A stretch of 64,000 bases of DNA, taken from positions 30,008,001 through 30,072,000 of the forward strand of contig CM060732.1 of assembly GCA_030704615.1 (NCBI GenBank), written 5' to 3'. This document shows positions 37,701 to 48,258 of this stretch, in pieces. The stretch comes from Takakia lepidozioides. Its lineage: Eukaryota; Plantae; Bryophyta. Under the pieces are notes generated by a model. It was not told the DNA's origin, made no database searches, and saw only the letters and a program-made list of their open reading frames with translations. Position 1 is the first letter of the stretch. Every line of letters starts with the position of its first letter. The translations under genes were made by a program, and so were the position numbers.

Positions 37701-38781
37701 GGCAGCCCTGGAAAAGGGCAAAGAGGTGCATGGCGACATGATCACAGCTGGAATTGTACCCGATGTCATTCTGAACACTGCCCTGGTGGACATGTATGCG
37801 AAATGTGGGTGCATCGAGGATGCAAAGGGAGTGTTCGACAGTATGGCTGAACGAGATGTGGTGTCGTGGAACGCGATGATCGCAGGATATGCCCAGCATG
37901 GTTGTCATAGGGAGGTCCTGCAACTATTTGAAGGAATGCAAAAGAACGGCTTGAAGCCGGACAGTATCACCTTTATATGTGTTCTCTCTGCATGCAGCCA
38001 CAGTGGCCTACTGAATGAAGGAAGACGCTACTTCAATTCCCTGAGTCAAGATCATGGTGTCACTCCGACAGTAAAGCACTTTGGCTGCATGGTGGACCTT
38101 CTTGGACGTGCGGGACAATTGGATGAGGCAGTGGACCTGATTAATAAAATGCCAAATAATCCAGATGTTGTGGTGTGGAAGGCCTTTCTTGGTGCCTGCA
38201 GAATCCATGGCAATGTGGAGATGGCTGAACGTGCAGCAACATTTATCCTCAAGTGGGATAAACAGGATGCTGCTACTTATGTGTTGCTATCAAACATCTA
38301 TGCTGCAGCTGGCAGGTGGGATGATAGTGCAAAGGTGAGAAGAATGATGAAGGTCAGAGGGGTTAGAAAGGAGCCAGGTCGCTGCTGCATTGAGGTTGGC
38401 AACAGGGTGCACACCTTCGTTGTAGATGACAAGTTGCATCCCAGGATTAAGGAAATCCATGCTGAGCTGAGAAGATTGTCTGGGCAGATGAAGGAGGCGG
38501 GGTATGTGCCTGACACGCGCTTTGTACTGCATGATGTGGGGGAGGAGGAAAAGGAATTTTCTCTTTGCCACCACAGTGAGAAGCTGGCCATTGGTTTTGG
38601 GCTGATCAGCACGACCCCTAGGACGCCTCTCCGTCTCATCAAGAATCTTCGAGTGTGTGGTGACTGCCACACCTCCACCAAATTCATCTCAAAGATTGTT
38701 GGCCGAGCAATTGTTGTACGGGACGCTAGCCGCTTTCACCACTTTGAAGATGGGATTTGTTCTTGTGGGGATTACTGGTGA
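34645..38781 (+). CDS. PLS-class pentatricopeptide repeat protein with E1-E2-DYW (PG-type) domain; organellar C-to-U RNA editing factor; terminal exon
   Basis: Open frame: PDF half, then L-S-(P-L-S)x9-P2-L2-S2, E1/E2, PG box KEPGRC, HSEKLA, CGDCH, HHF, CSCGDYW-stop. Confidence 0.97.
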   Translation, partial: VHPRGPDFKHKITYASLRINSYKKPAWVDGQLKAAAAAAQLIKSGTSIMTTTSERGSREGVHNASSGTSGDVKMLCEAGRLTEALQTLNQGGTSADSDTYVCLLRKCIKMKGLEAGKQVHTHIIQSGFTPDVFLLNTLVNMYVKCGSIMDAHQVFNRMPQRSLITWNIMLAGFTKHGCGGNALETYEQMLREGVKPNHITFVCVCNACASLGALEKGKEVHGDIVKAGIVPDVILNTALVDMYAKCGCIKDAKGVFNTIAERDVVSWNAMLAGFAQQGHGMEALETYDQMMGEGVKPNHITFVCICNACAGLASLEKGKEVHGDIVKSGIVPNVILNTALVNMYAKCGSIEDAKGVFNNMAERDVVSWSAMIAGYAQQGRGVEALETYEQMMQEGVKPDPITCVSVCNACASLVALEKGKEVHGDIVRAGIVPNVILNNTLVDMYAKCGCIEDAKGVFDSMAERDVASWSAMIAGYAQQGHGMEALETYEQMMCEGVKPNHVTFVCICNACASLSTLEKGKEVHGDIVKSGIVPDVILNTALVHMYAKCGSIEDAKGVFNNMAERDLVSWNAMLAGYAQQGHGMEALETYEQMMGEGVKCNHITFVCVCNACASLAALEKGKEVHGDIVRAGIVPNVILNNTLVDMYAKCGCIEDAKGVFDSMAERDVASWSAMIAGYAQQGHGMEALETYEQMMCEGVKPNHITFVCVCNACASLATLEKGKEVHGDIVKSGIVPDVILNTALVHMYAKCGSIEEAKGVFNNMAERDLVSWNAMLAGYAQQGHGMEALETYEQMMGEGVKCNHITFVCVCNACASLAALEKGKEVHGDIVRAGIVPNVILNNTLVDMYAKCGCIEDAKGVFDSMAERDVASWSAMIAGYAQQGHGMEALETYEQMMCEGVKPNHITFVCICNACAILATLEKGKEVHVDIVKSGIVPDVILNTALVHMYAKCGSIEDAKGVFNNMAERDLVSWNAMLAGYVQQGHGMDALETYEQMMGEGVKCNHITFVCVCNACASLAALEKGKEVHGDMITAGIVPDVILNTALVDMYAKCGCIEDAKGVFDSMAERDVVSWNAMIAGYAQHGCHREVLQLFEGMQKNGLKPDSITFICVLSACSHSGLLNEGRRYFNSLSQDHGVTPTVKHFGCMVDLLGRAGQLDEAVDLINKMPNNPDVVVWKAFLGACRIHGNVEMAERAATFILKWDKQDAATYVLLSNIYAAAGRWDDSAKVRRMMKVRGVRKEPGRCCIEVGNRVHTFVVDDKLHPRIKEIHAELRRLSGQMKEAGYVPDTRFVLHDVGEEEKEFSLCHHSEKLAIGFGLISTTPRTPLRLIKNLRVCGDCHTSTKFISKIVGRAIVVRDASRFHHFEDGICSCGDYW
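35910..37730 (+). repeat. Near-identical 606-bp (two PLS triplets) higher-order repeat, three copies
   Basis: Alternating VASWS/LVSWN P motifs; antisense ORFs recur at exact 606-bp offsets (36108, 36714, 37320). Confidence 0.92.
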
Positions 38782-39149
38782 AAGGATGTTTTCCTGGAAA
38801 GATGCGAGTGTCTTGCTTCATTTGTTGATCTGTGTAGCTAGTACCATGATGTATGTTGAGTGCATTTCTGTACTGTTTGAGTCCTAGAGGATTGGTGATA
38901 GACGCCTGTTCAGTCATAGGCCAACTTACCCTAGTGTTTTGGATGGAGGGCTAGTGATGAATTGAGAATCCCCAGAGTTCTCGACGTTGGTCTTACAAGG
39001 TAAAATTGGGGGGCTCTACTCTTCCCACCACGAGAACTAAACAGGGCCACCCACCCCGTCAGTCCAATGCGACCCCATCATGGCGCTGGAGCGGAAGAGA
39101 AAACGACATGGGCGGCCACACCCAACTTTTGCTTTAACACATGCTTCAT

Positions 39150-41760
39150 CCCCTAAGTGACTCCCTGTTCATTTGTGCATGATTGTGCGAGATACAATCC
39201 CGTGTAGGCCACGCGTCCAAGCATGTGCCTCACTTAGCTACACCATGTTCAATGTTGTCAATCTGACCAACGCATCCCTAGATTTCACGGTAGGCAGTCC
39301 TCACGACTCCGTATTCTACCAATCTCTGCCCACAGTGACGATTCACAGTTCGCCCTTGCTGCGTTCATTACACCTTGGTAGTTGATTTCAATCATGTTCG
39401 AAATCGGTCTGTCAGCACTCTCAACGCTGTCATTTCTGAGCTATTTCTACATATTCAGTATTTTGAGATCTGTCTGAACATCTCAACCTTGCTCAGAACT
39501 GACAGCGTTCACGCCATGCAATGACTACACAAAGACTATCGTGTACAAATGTACCGTTGTCCACTTCTCTCATTGCTTCATGATACATGATGTTCATACA
39601 ACCCATGATCCGCCATGATCCCTCATCTTTCATGAGCCTGTCCAGCCAGATCATCCCACGTCAATTGCATGGCTGAAAGCAGCATACCATGTTTATCTGC
39701 ACTAGGTAATGTTTTTAATACATGACTTTGTTATTTCGCCACTTCCCATATTGTTATAGTATGATCCTAACAGTTAACCCTTCAAGGACGAGCCTGTTTT
39801 TGGTGGGCCCCGTCTAAAACCAGACATACCCTCACGGATGAGGGTGTATCTCCCATTGGACAAACATCGGAGGGGATGAACCGTTCCAAAGTCATCCTAC
39901 CTACTTCATGCACCTGAAGTAAAAATTTCAGGAGAATTGACCGTCTAAAGTGGAAGATTATAACAAAAATTCTAGGCTTTTTTTTTGGTTGGATATATTT
40001 TCAACATGAAAATTTGGTTTGACCAAGCAGATTGCCAACCTTTTTGATTTTTCATTGATACAGCCTACCCAGATTCAGATTATATGGCACCCACAGCAAA
40101 GCCGACCCGCCATTCCCACGATCTGGTCACCATGCCCACCCGTTGTGTCCGCACCACGACTTCCAACGGTCACGGTCAACAGTCACAGTCAACCATCACG
40201 ACCTGGGCTCGTGGTATCTCGTGATACCGCCCCAACGGCCCATCACGGCCATTATTAATTCCAGATCCAAATTCCAAAAATGCATAATGGTTGCTTTGTA
40301 TGGGAAAACAGGGGGGTCAAAATGCCAATTTCTCTCATGGGAAAAACACATCCCCCCAAATGTGGGGCAATTTGTGAGGGAATCCAAATTCCTCTGGTCA
40401 TGTTGTTGTTTGCCTACCTACCGAGTACCTTGGAAAAAAAATTCCACATTCTAAGCTGTTTGTAGGCAAAGATTGCCAAAAAACCGAATCCCTACTTGAA
40501 TCCCAGCTCCGGCCAAGAATTGCCGGAGCCGGTGGACATTTCCGGCCAAAAAATCCGGCCACGTCATCACAAACCAAGGAAGTCACGGGGCCCTCCACCC
40601 TGCGTTTCAGCGCTCTCCCTCCATGACCTGCCAACGGCCACCTGATTGGGCCACGCACCTAAATCCTACGCGGGTGAGAATCTCCCGCCCCCGCCACCTG
40701 CCACCTGATTGGGCCACTTGCCTGGCGTTTCGCGCGTGCCGTGGGTCCGCCGCTGTCCGCACGGGCGGACATGCAGCCCCCGCTGTCACCCGCTGCCGGC
40801 AAACGCCCACCCTCCCCAATCCTGCCTGCCACGTCTGCCAGTCAACCTGCTGACGGGCCCAAAACCACAGGATTTTGGGTACCCCTCCAGATTCCAAAAA
40901 ATCCTGACGGCGGGGGATTAGATTTTTTAGGGTGCGATCAACACAGGGGGCGTAAATATTTATGGGCTACACTTTTCGTTCGGGAATCGTTTTCATCCGA
41001 CATGATCTGCGCATTTATCATCCAATCGAAATTTCGACCCGAGTCGCCTCGTCCTTGAAGGGTTAAGGGATACTTCATGATAATGAACCGTTGCGTTCCT
41101 TACACAATGTCGTGCCCCACTATTGGAGCCACTGTGAAAATAATGTACCCAACTTTATAGGTAGATCAACAGCCATTTCTTTGCACTGCTCCAACTTTCT
41201 AGTGGCTAATCTTACCGCAGTACCTCTTTTTGCAGGATTGGTGCAAACACTGAATTTCTTTACTGCGCATTGGGATTTGAACGAATGAGTAGCTCCTGTA
41301 TCTATCAAGAAAACTACTTCATCCCCTTTACAATAACCTTTTAATTGGATCAGATCCGTACCTCTTAGTAGCTCCATAGGCACTCCCAGCTCTCTTGATT
41401 TTTTCCCCTTTTGTCCTTGTTCTTGTGGTACTTTCTTCTTCAAGACTTGTTTACCCGGAGATGCCATGTGGGTAAGTCTTGTACTCATAGGCTTTGTCAC
41501 CACTTTGCAGAATAACATTATTTTGTAGTTCTAGAGAAGTTCCTCATACCCATCTTTCTTCTCTTACTCTACATTATTAAATTTCCTCTCGCGTGTTGGG
41601 TTTAGGCAGTCATAACTCAAATGCCATATTCGCCACAAGCGAAACACTTGGGACCTCTTTTCCCATTCTTGTGTGAGCCAATAGTGGTTTTTTCCCCTTG
41701 AACTCTTCCTTGGGTGTGGTTTTCTCACTTACCAAAGCCGTCTTATTGGGGGGATTCTCC
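39150..41760 (-). pseudogene. Degenerate Ty3/Gypsy gag-pol remnant split by the TTAA element
   Basis: Zn knuckle KCFACGEYG..SYDC (~41605-41650) and protease VFLIDTGATHSF (~41280-41320). Decayed pol-like sequence left of 39774. Confidence 0.7.
39778..41062. mobile_element. piggyBac-type non-autonomous DNA transposon (1285 bp)
   Basis: TTAA|CCCTTCAAGGACGAG ... CTCGTCCTTGAAGGG|TTAA: perfect 15-bp TIRs, TTAA duplication, CCC/GGG ends, no transposase ORF. Confidence 0.9.
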
Positions 41761-41778
41761 GTTTCTCTTAAAGTTATT

Positions 41779-41800
41779 TATATATATATATATATATATA
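41779..41800. repeat. (TA)n microsatellite
   Basis: TATATA run. Confidence 0.9.
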
Positions 41801-42329
41801 GACCACCAAAGAGAGGCCTCTCATTTTTGAATAATTGGGAGTTTATGTCTCACGTGTGGGACAGGGCGCGCACGGACACACGGACGCGGGGTCGGCCTCC
41901 CCCACCTGCCAGCCGCGCAACACGGTCGGCAGCCCTGTAGCCACCCGCAGCCTAGCCCGCCCGCGGTCGCCGCTGGGTCCGCCTGCCATCGGTTCCCCAC
42001 TGGGTCTGTCCAAGCTGGGTCTACCCGGTTGGGTCTGCTGGGTTTGCCCGCCAAGCAGCCCGATCCGGCAGACCCAAACGCACCCTAGATGACGTGGTGC
42101 CCATCTGACCGTGAAGCCGCATTGCTATCCTAGCCGCCCGGATTTAGGGCATGGCAGCAGCCGCCAATTGTGGGCAAAGATTGTTTCATCGATCTTTTCC
42201 TCTCTCTGGTTTGTTCCTGCCAACGCGCTTCCCTCCTGCGAAAGAACATGCGCATTGTTGTCCTTCGCTTCCACTTTTGCAGGTCATATTACAGGTGCTT
42301 TCGAGTGCGCGAAGGGGTACTGTAGTGTA

Positions 42330-45300
42330 TATGGCAACGGCCGTCGATGCCCAACCAGAAAGCTTTAGTATACGTCCACTGCGACTATGTCTTCAAACAC
42401 CAAATGATGGGCCATTTTCTTGCAAAGATCTTTACTGGAAGAACAAGAGTTGTTCTGGATACATGGGCTCTCAAATGCGGGTCCGCACGGCCTGTATTCC
42501 CTGGGAGAGAGTGCCCGACTTTGTACTTGGAGAGGAGAGTAGAGACGGGTATTCCACCCAATTTTACATAAATATGCATGTTAACACGAAGCCCGGACCG
42601 CGAAGAGCTCGAAGAGCTAACACATATCTAACCTCTATCATGTCTGCACCATATTCCCGCACTTCCTCTTTGTTTCTGTGCTTGTGCTTGCGTCACATGT
42701 ACATGCATCATACGTAGATAAGGTTTAGGCTGTCTTACATGCTTACAGAACTCCATGGGTGTCGATGACATATTCCAATACGACCCTATCCAGATATCAG
42801 TGTTGCTATGGTCCAGAGGACAAGCGCACCAACAATTTGACTGTCACGGATCCTAAAGTCAAGCGAGGATGTCCCGACGTCGGGGCTGGAAGCAGTAATC
42901 CTCACAAAGGTCCAAAATGAAAGAAAAGCCAATACGACGAGTCTTACAAGCGTGGTTGTCTCTGTTGTTTCAAAGTCTCGCAATGTTATCTTGCTCCAGA
43001 CATTGGGGTCATCACATATTATAACAACATGCAACACCTGGATATGTCCGGAAAACCCTCTATGGCGGATATGCTGAGTTCCAGTTCAGCCGATATGCTT
43101 ATACTCCACGTATTAGCGAGGAGCTGAAAAAGTGGATCATGGAATGCTTGTCCCGAGGCTTGAGTGTCGCGCAAGTCATGATTGAACACAATGAGCACGT
43201 TGTGCAGAACACTGGCTTGGGAGACGCATGGACACACGACGACTTTCTCCTCGAGCAGGATATCCGAAATCTCGCAGAAAAACGAGCCTGACAGACCTTC
43301 AAAAAACATGCTGATGACGCACAATCCGTCCGTATGTGGAAAGATCAAAACCCGGACTCGGTCTTCTTTTACCGGGAGGAATCATTGGCACCCACATTTC
43401 AACATTTTGATAGAGATTTGACCTTCACCATTGGGATTCATACTCCTTGGCAGCGGCTGAAGATGTTGGACTTGGGCCATGCGCGCATCGTAGCTTGCGA
43501 TGCTACATTTGGAACTAACCATCACAAGGTCTGCCGTGGACCCTCTCCACGGGGTTCTGCTAGCATGATAACATAGCACAATGGTCTCCTGCTCATGTGG
43601 TGCATTGCTTTTTCGTCCTCAATCCCGATAGACCCAACTATGGTAGACCCTGTCTCAGTACACCCTGTTCTAGCAGACCTTCCAGTTCACTCTATTTTAG
43701 GGTAGACCCTTTTGCGTGTCCACCCTGTTAAAGTAGACCCTATGCGTGTTCACCCAGTTACAGTACACCCTGTGCATTTTCACCATGTTGCAGTAGACCC
43801 TGTGGTAGTACATCCTGTTAAAGTAGGGCCTGTCGGTAGGACACTGGTCTGCTAATTATGAATTGTCATTTCATGCAGTTCCCCTTGTACATGTTGATGG
43901 TGTTCAACCAATGGTTGTATTCCGGTTGCATACATATTGTCAGCACGCAATCGAACATCAGACCTTATCCCGTGGATGTTAGCATTGCGTGATGCCCTCC
44001 TTAAGGAAAAGCCCAGCTGGTGGCCAAATGCCTTCATTGTCGACGACGCTGAAGTAAAAATCAATGCAATCCGATATGCCACATATTTCAATCTGCTCGA
44101 TGCTCTGCTCAATGGTATGCTATTTGGTTTGCTATTTGGTCTGCCCTGTTTTGTCTCATGCTTGTGGCGGTGGTGACTACGAATGCCCTGTCCAGGCACT
44201 TCTGACTATGTGGCCGCATGCAGGTCTGTTTTCACATAAGTATGCATTTTCCGCTGCCTTTGGCATGTACAAAAGGCCATCATGCCAGAAAATCAGTGAT
44301 CCGGGAATATCCTCAAAACTGTTGGCAGATATGGGAGACCTTATGTACTGCACAGGTAGACCGCAGAAAGAAGACGAAGCTGTGAAATGGGTTAAGAAAA
44401 AATTGAAGGCAATGAAAAAAATATATCATGTCGGTCAGTTGTTCCTCCACTACATTGATGTGTACTGGGTTCCCAAAATTACTATGTGGTGTACTGCTGC
44501 ACGCAACATTGCACATGCAAGCCAAGATATTAAATTAAATGCAATTAAATGCAAACATCAAGGCATACCACGGAAATTTAAAGGCGAGACTTAATATGGG
44601 CAAAGGCAAAATGATGGGTCGAAGAGCCAACTGGCTCATATAGGAGTTGAGTGGGCGTGTACTTATCCATTACTAGTATGGCATTCATCTGAAGATGCAT
44701 GGGTTCATTTGCAATGATAAACAAGAAAATTACATTTCCAGTGCAATATGTGCAGCCCGTGACATACCTCTTTCACGTGTGACTTTGCCTGCAGCACCTG
44801 GGCAACCTGCTTATGTGATCAGCTCCTGTGATCCGAATACAACATACACCGTGTTCAATCCGGAGTCGCAGTGGGCCTGTTGCACCTGCCCGTGGGCGCT
44901 GAAAGGCAATCTGTGCAAGCACCAGGTTCGGGTCATAAAATTGCTAAAACCAGAACTACAAGACGGTCTCATTGTCCGGACATGTGGTACCCACCTCAGT
45001 ACTGTTCACGGTGGGTTGGAGAATTTGGACGAACACGACAGCATGGCAGTATGCAACCTCAAAAGCGGTAACGAGAATTTGCGCCCAAGCGCAACCCCTG
45101 CCACAACGGAGTCATTGCTCATGCCAGACCTGTTGGAAGCTATTTTGAAACGGAAGATAACCCGACCTACTTGACCTTGTATGCAACGACGCACACCTTT
45201 AAATACACCATTTCTTGTCTGCGGTGCGTGTTCACCGAGGGCAAATGCAGGACATCCTCGTCAAAAGAACATCAGGCATGTTACACCCGACTGCAGCACA

Positions 45301-45480
45301 AATGTTCAATCGTGTAAAAGACAAGAACAATATGTCATTGAAGAGGAAAGATGATTTTGTGGAACATTTTCAAGTTCGGCGGAAAATAAAACTAAATGGG
45401 GGAAAATGTGTGTCTGCCCTTCCCCCCGTTAGCCACATTTACTCAGCTATGAGGCGGGTGTCTCATCGTCCAGAACTAAG
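42330..45480 (+). pseudogene. Intron-containing MULE-type transposase with SWIM finger, decayed
   Basis: ACIPWERVPDFVLGEE, VACDATFGTNHHK (D), WPNAFIVDDA (D), RCLWHV, SWIM CCTCPWALKGNLCKH; stops and frameshifts. Confidence 0.8.
43640..43835. repeat. Degenerate ~30-bp GTAGACCC/CACCCTGTT minisatellite in a transposase intron
   Basis: Repeated gtagaccct...caccctgtt units. Confidence 0.7.
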
Positions 45481-45699
45481 AAAGAATGACATTTAACTAT
45501 CAATCTAACTAAGGAAATGACTCACCTGCAGTAGACCAATGCGTCAGACCATGACCGCAGACCATCTGAGAGGCCCTTTATGTATATTATAAAGGATTGA
45601 TGAAGGAGACCAATGAAGTCAATCAATAAAGTCAACCAATGAGCCAAAGTCAATTAGTAGACCACAGAATGTAGTAGAGCAATGAAGCAAGCATGCATG

Positions 45700-48007
45700 T
45701 ACCAGTATTGGAGCCGTTGTAAATGTCTGTTTCAGTCTTTGAAATGTCTGGTCAGCCTTCTCGTCCCATACAAATTTGTCCTTCTCTGTGAGTCGTGTCA
45801 ATGGTGCAGCAACTTTGGAGTAGTCCTTGATGAAGACTCTATAGAAATTTGCAAATCCCAGAAAATATTGTACATCTCGGACCGAAGTTGGTTTAATCCA
45901 CTCGATGGTTTGTATTTTCTTCTGATCCATAAAGACGCCTTTGTCGAAAATAATGTAGCCCAGAAATTCGACCTCAAATTAATGTTTTTTTTTTATAAAA
46001 CTTGACATACAGTCATCTTTATCTTAATTTATCAAGGACAAGGCGTACATGGTGGCCATGTTCTTCTTCATTCTGTGAAAATATCAAAATGTCATCTAAA
46101 TAGATGACTACAAAGTCATCTAAAAATTCTCGAAAGATATCATTTATTATATGTTGGAAAATTGCTGGAACATTTGTAAGACCGAAAGACATAACATTGT
46201 ATTCAAAATGTACATACCTTGTTCGAAAAGTTGTTTTCCATTCGTCTCTTTTTTTTATCCGTACAAGGTTATAAGCTCATCTCAAGTCAATTTTGGTGAA
46301 AATCTTCGCTCGTCCCAGCTGGTCAAGAAGCCCAGAAATCAGTGGCAACAGATAACGATTCTTAATTGTGACTTTGTTGAGACCGCGATAGTCTACACAC
46401 ATGCGTAATGATCCGTCATTCTTTAGATAGGTACCCCCTGCAGGTGATTTTGAATGTCCGATGAAGTTCTTCGACAAATTTTTATCAAATGTAGCCAACT
46501 CCGTCTGGGATAAGTTATAGATGGGGCCGAATGGTGGTTGGGCTCTGTTTTGTAACTCAATTGCACAATCATAAGGTCGATGTTCTGGCAATATGTCTGC
46601 ATTTTTCTTCTCGAAGACATCAATGTTCGATACGAGGAGGTCGGAAAACGAATATGTCCAGTCACAGCAGGGACCATGCGACTGGATACCACAAATTCCT
46701 CAAAAAAAAAAGTTTCTTTCTACCTCCAAACCCTGCACCTTGCTTCACAGTTCCGGTAAAAATCAGAGTGCAAAATCGAGATATCTCTGTAGAAGCACTT
46801 TTGGACTCAAGGGCTTCAGTATGTTTTATTGACAAAAACTTTGCAAAACAACACAATTTAACGCTCGTAAAGAAGATAATCTCGGCCCCCGTTGAACTCA
46901 TCGATGGACGACCGTTAGCATTAAGAAATATTGACCATGAAACGCGACCGCTTGAAGTGAAGCTTAAGATCAAGAGTTTTCAACGTCATCCAGTCTCCAA
47001 CGAATCCTGTGATCTTTGGACTTCCCTGATTCGTACTTCACAATCCTGACATCAACTAGCGATCACGAAAAATTTCTGCAAGACAAAAAGGTAGGAATAT
47101 CAAAGGTATTCAACCCTTGTTCCTTGGAGCTAGAGCTTTCATGAGAGCTACCCAAAAGGATGCGGCATTTGCATTTTATGCGACTCCGATCAAGACCACA
47201 ACAGACAAATGTACTTCAACATTACCCACTCAATATCAAGATATGATTGAAGATCCATTGTTCGACTCATTTAACTCTGAAATTTGTTGTTGCAAATTGT
47301 GGAGAACGTTGATAAGATCTTGAGACTGATCAGCTTGTAATTGGGCGGTAGAGATATGAAGTTCTTGCATCTGGAGCTGAAGATTCTGCAAGGTGGCGAT
47401 CATTTCCGCAAATGTGCTTTCCATCTCAAGTCAAGGTCAGCATGGACGAATGCATAATGGATAAACATGAATCAATATGATTTTTATAATAATGGACAAG
47501 AGTACAAGATACTGGAACTCGACTTAAATACTGGAATACTGGAAACTGGACTGGAGTAACAGATACTGGAAACTGGGCTAGAGTACTAGAAGCTGAACTG
47601 GAATACTAGGACTGGAAACAAGAGTAGTTTGAACTTGTGTTGGCGAGACTAAAGAGTGTCCAATCTCGCCTCCTACATATACTAGCTACTAGGAAGTTCT
47701 TTAAGAAGCTTCTCCAATGGAGGTTTCTTGATGGAGAAGTTTATTTAAACAAAGGTTTTTTTTATGAAGAAGTTTCCTTAAACAAAAGAGGTATCTTGAT
47801 GGAGACGTTTCCTCCAAAGGAAGCTTCTTGAGCAGTTTTCCAAGTTATTTTCGGTAATTTGATAAACTCCGGTAACTTGATAATTAATGGTAATTAATGG
47901 TAAATAATGGTATATCATGATAAATCATGGTAACTTTTGGTAACATGGTAACTTGATAACTTATGGTATTTACTCATGGTAAGTTCTTCTGGGCTATGTC
48001 CGTGACA
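45700..48007 (-). mobile_element. Rearranged, truncated Ty3/Gypsy element (Tf2/Tcn1-like): LTR, gag start, inverted protease segment, RT
   Basis: LTR starts TGTCACGG at 48007 (minus). gag MESTFAEM at 47424. RT: [42 protein letters not shown]. Protease ALLDSRASVCFID is on the opposite strand. Confidence 0.85.
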
Positions 48008-48258
48008 ACAAGGACCACACCCACAAGGACTAGACCTACAACGGATAGAATACTAGACCTATCGAGCATACCAATGGAGTGGATGAACGGCAGACACATC
48101 AGGAGTAGACTCATGCAGACCTTTGGTGCAGATCCATGGAGTTGGTCTGTCCAGAGCATCGTAGGCAGACCAACGAGAGCAGGCAGACCATAGAGACCTA
48201 CTTGTGTTTGTGACGGAGCTCTGCAACTTTGCTCTCCACTTCGAAGCAAACCTTCCGG

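Noticed and set aside
34734-38687. Many repeated antisense ORFs
   Set aside because: Shadows of the repetitive PPR coding strand
38360-38781. U-to-C (DYW:KP) type editor
   Set aside because: The PG box, HSEKLA and terminal DYW indicate the canonical C-to-U type
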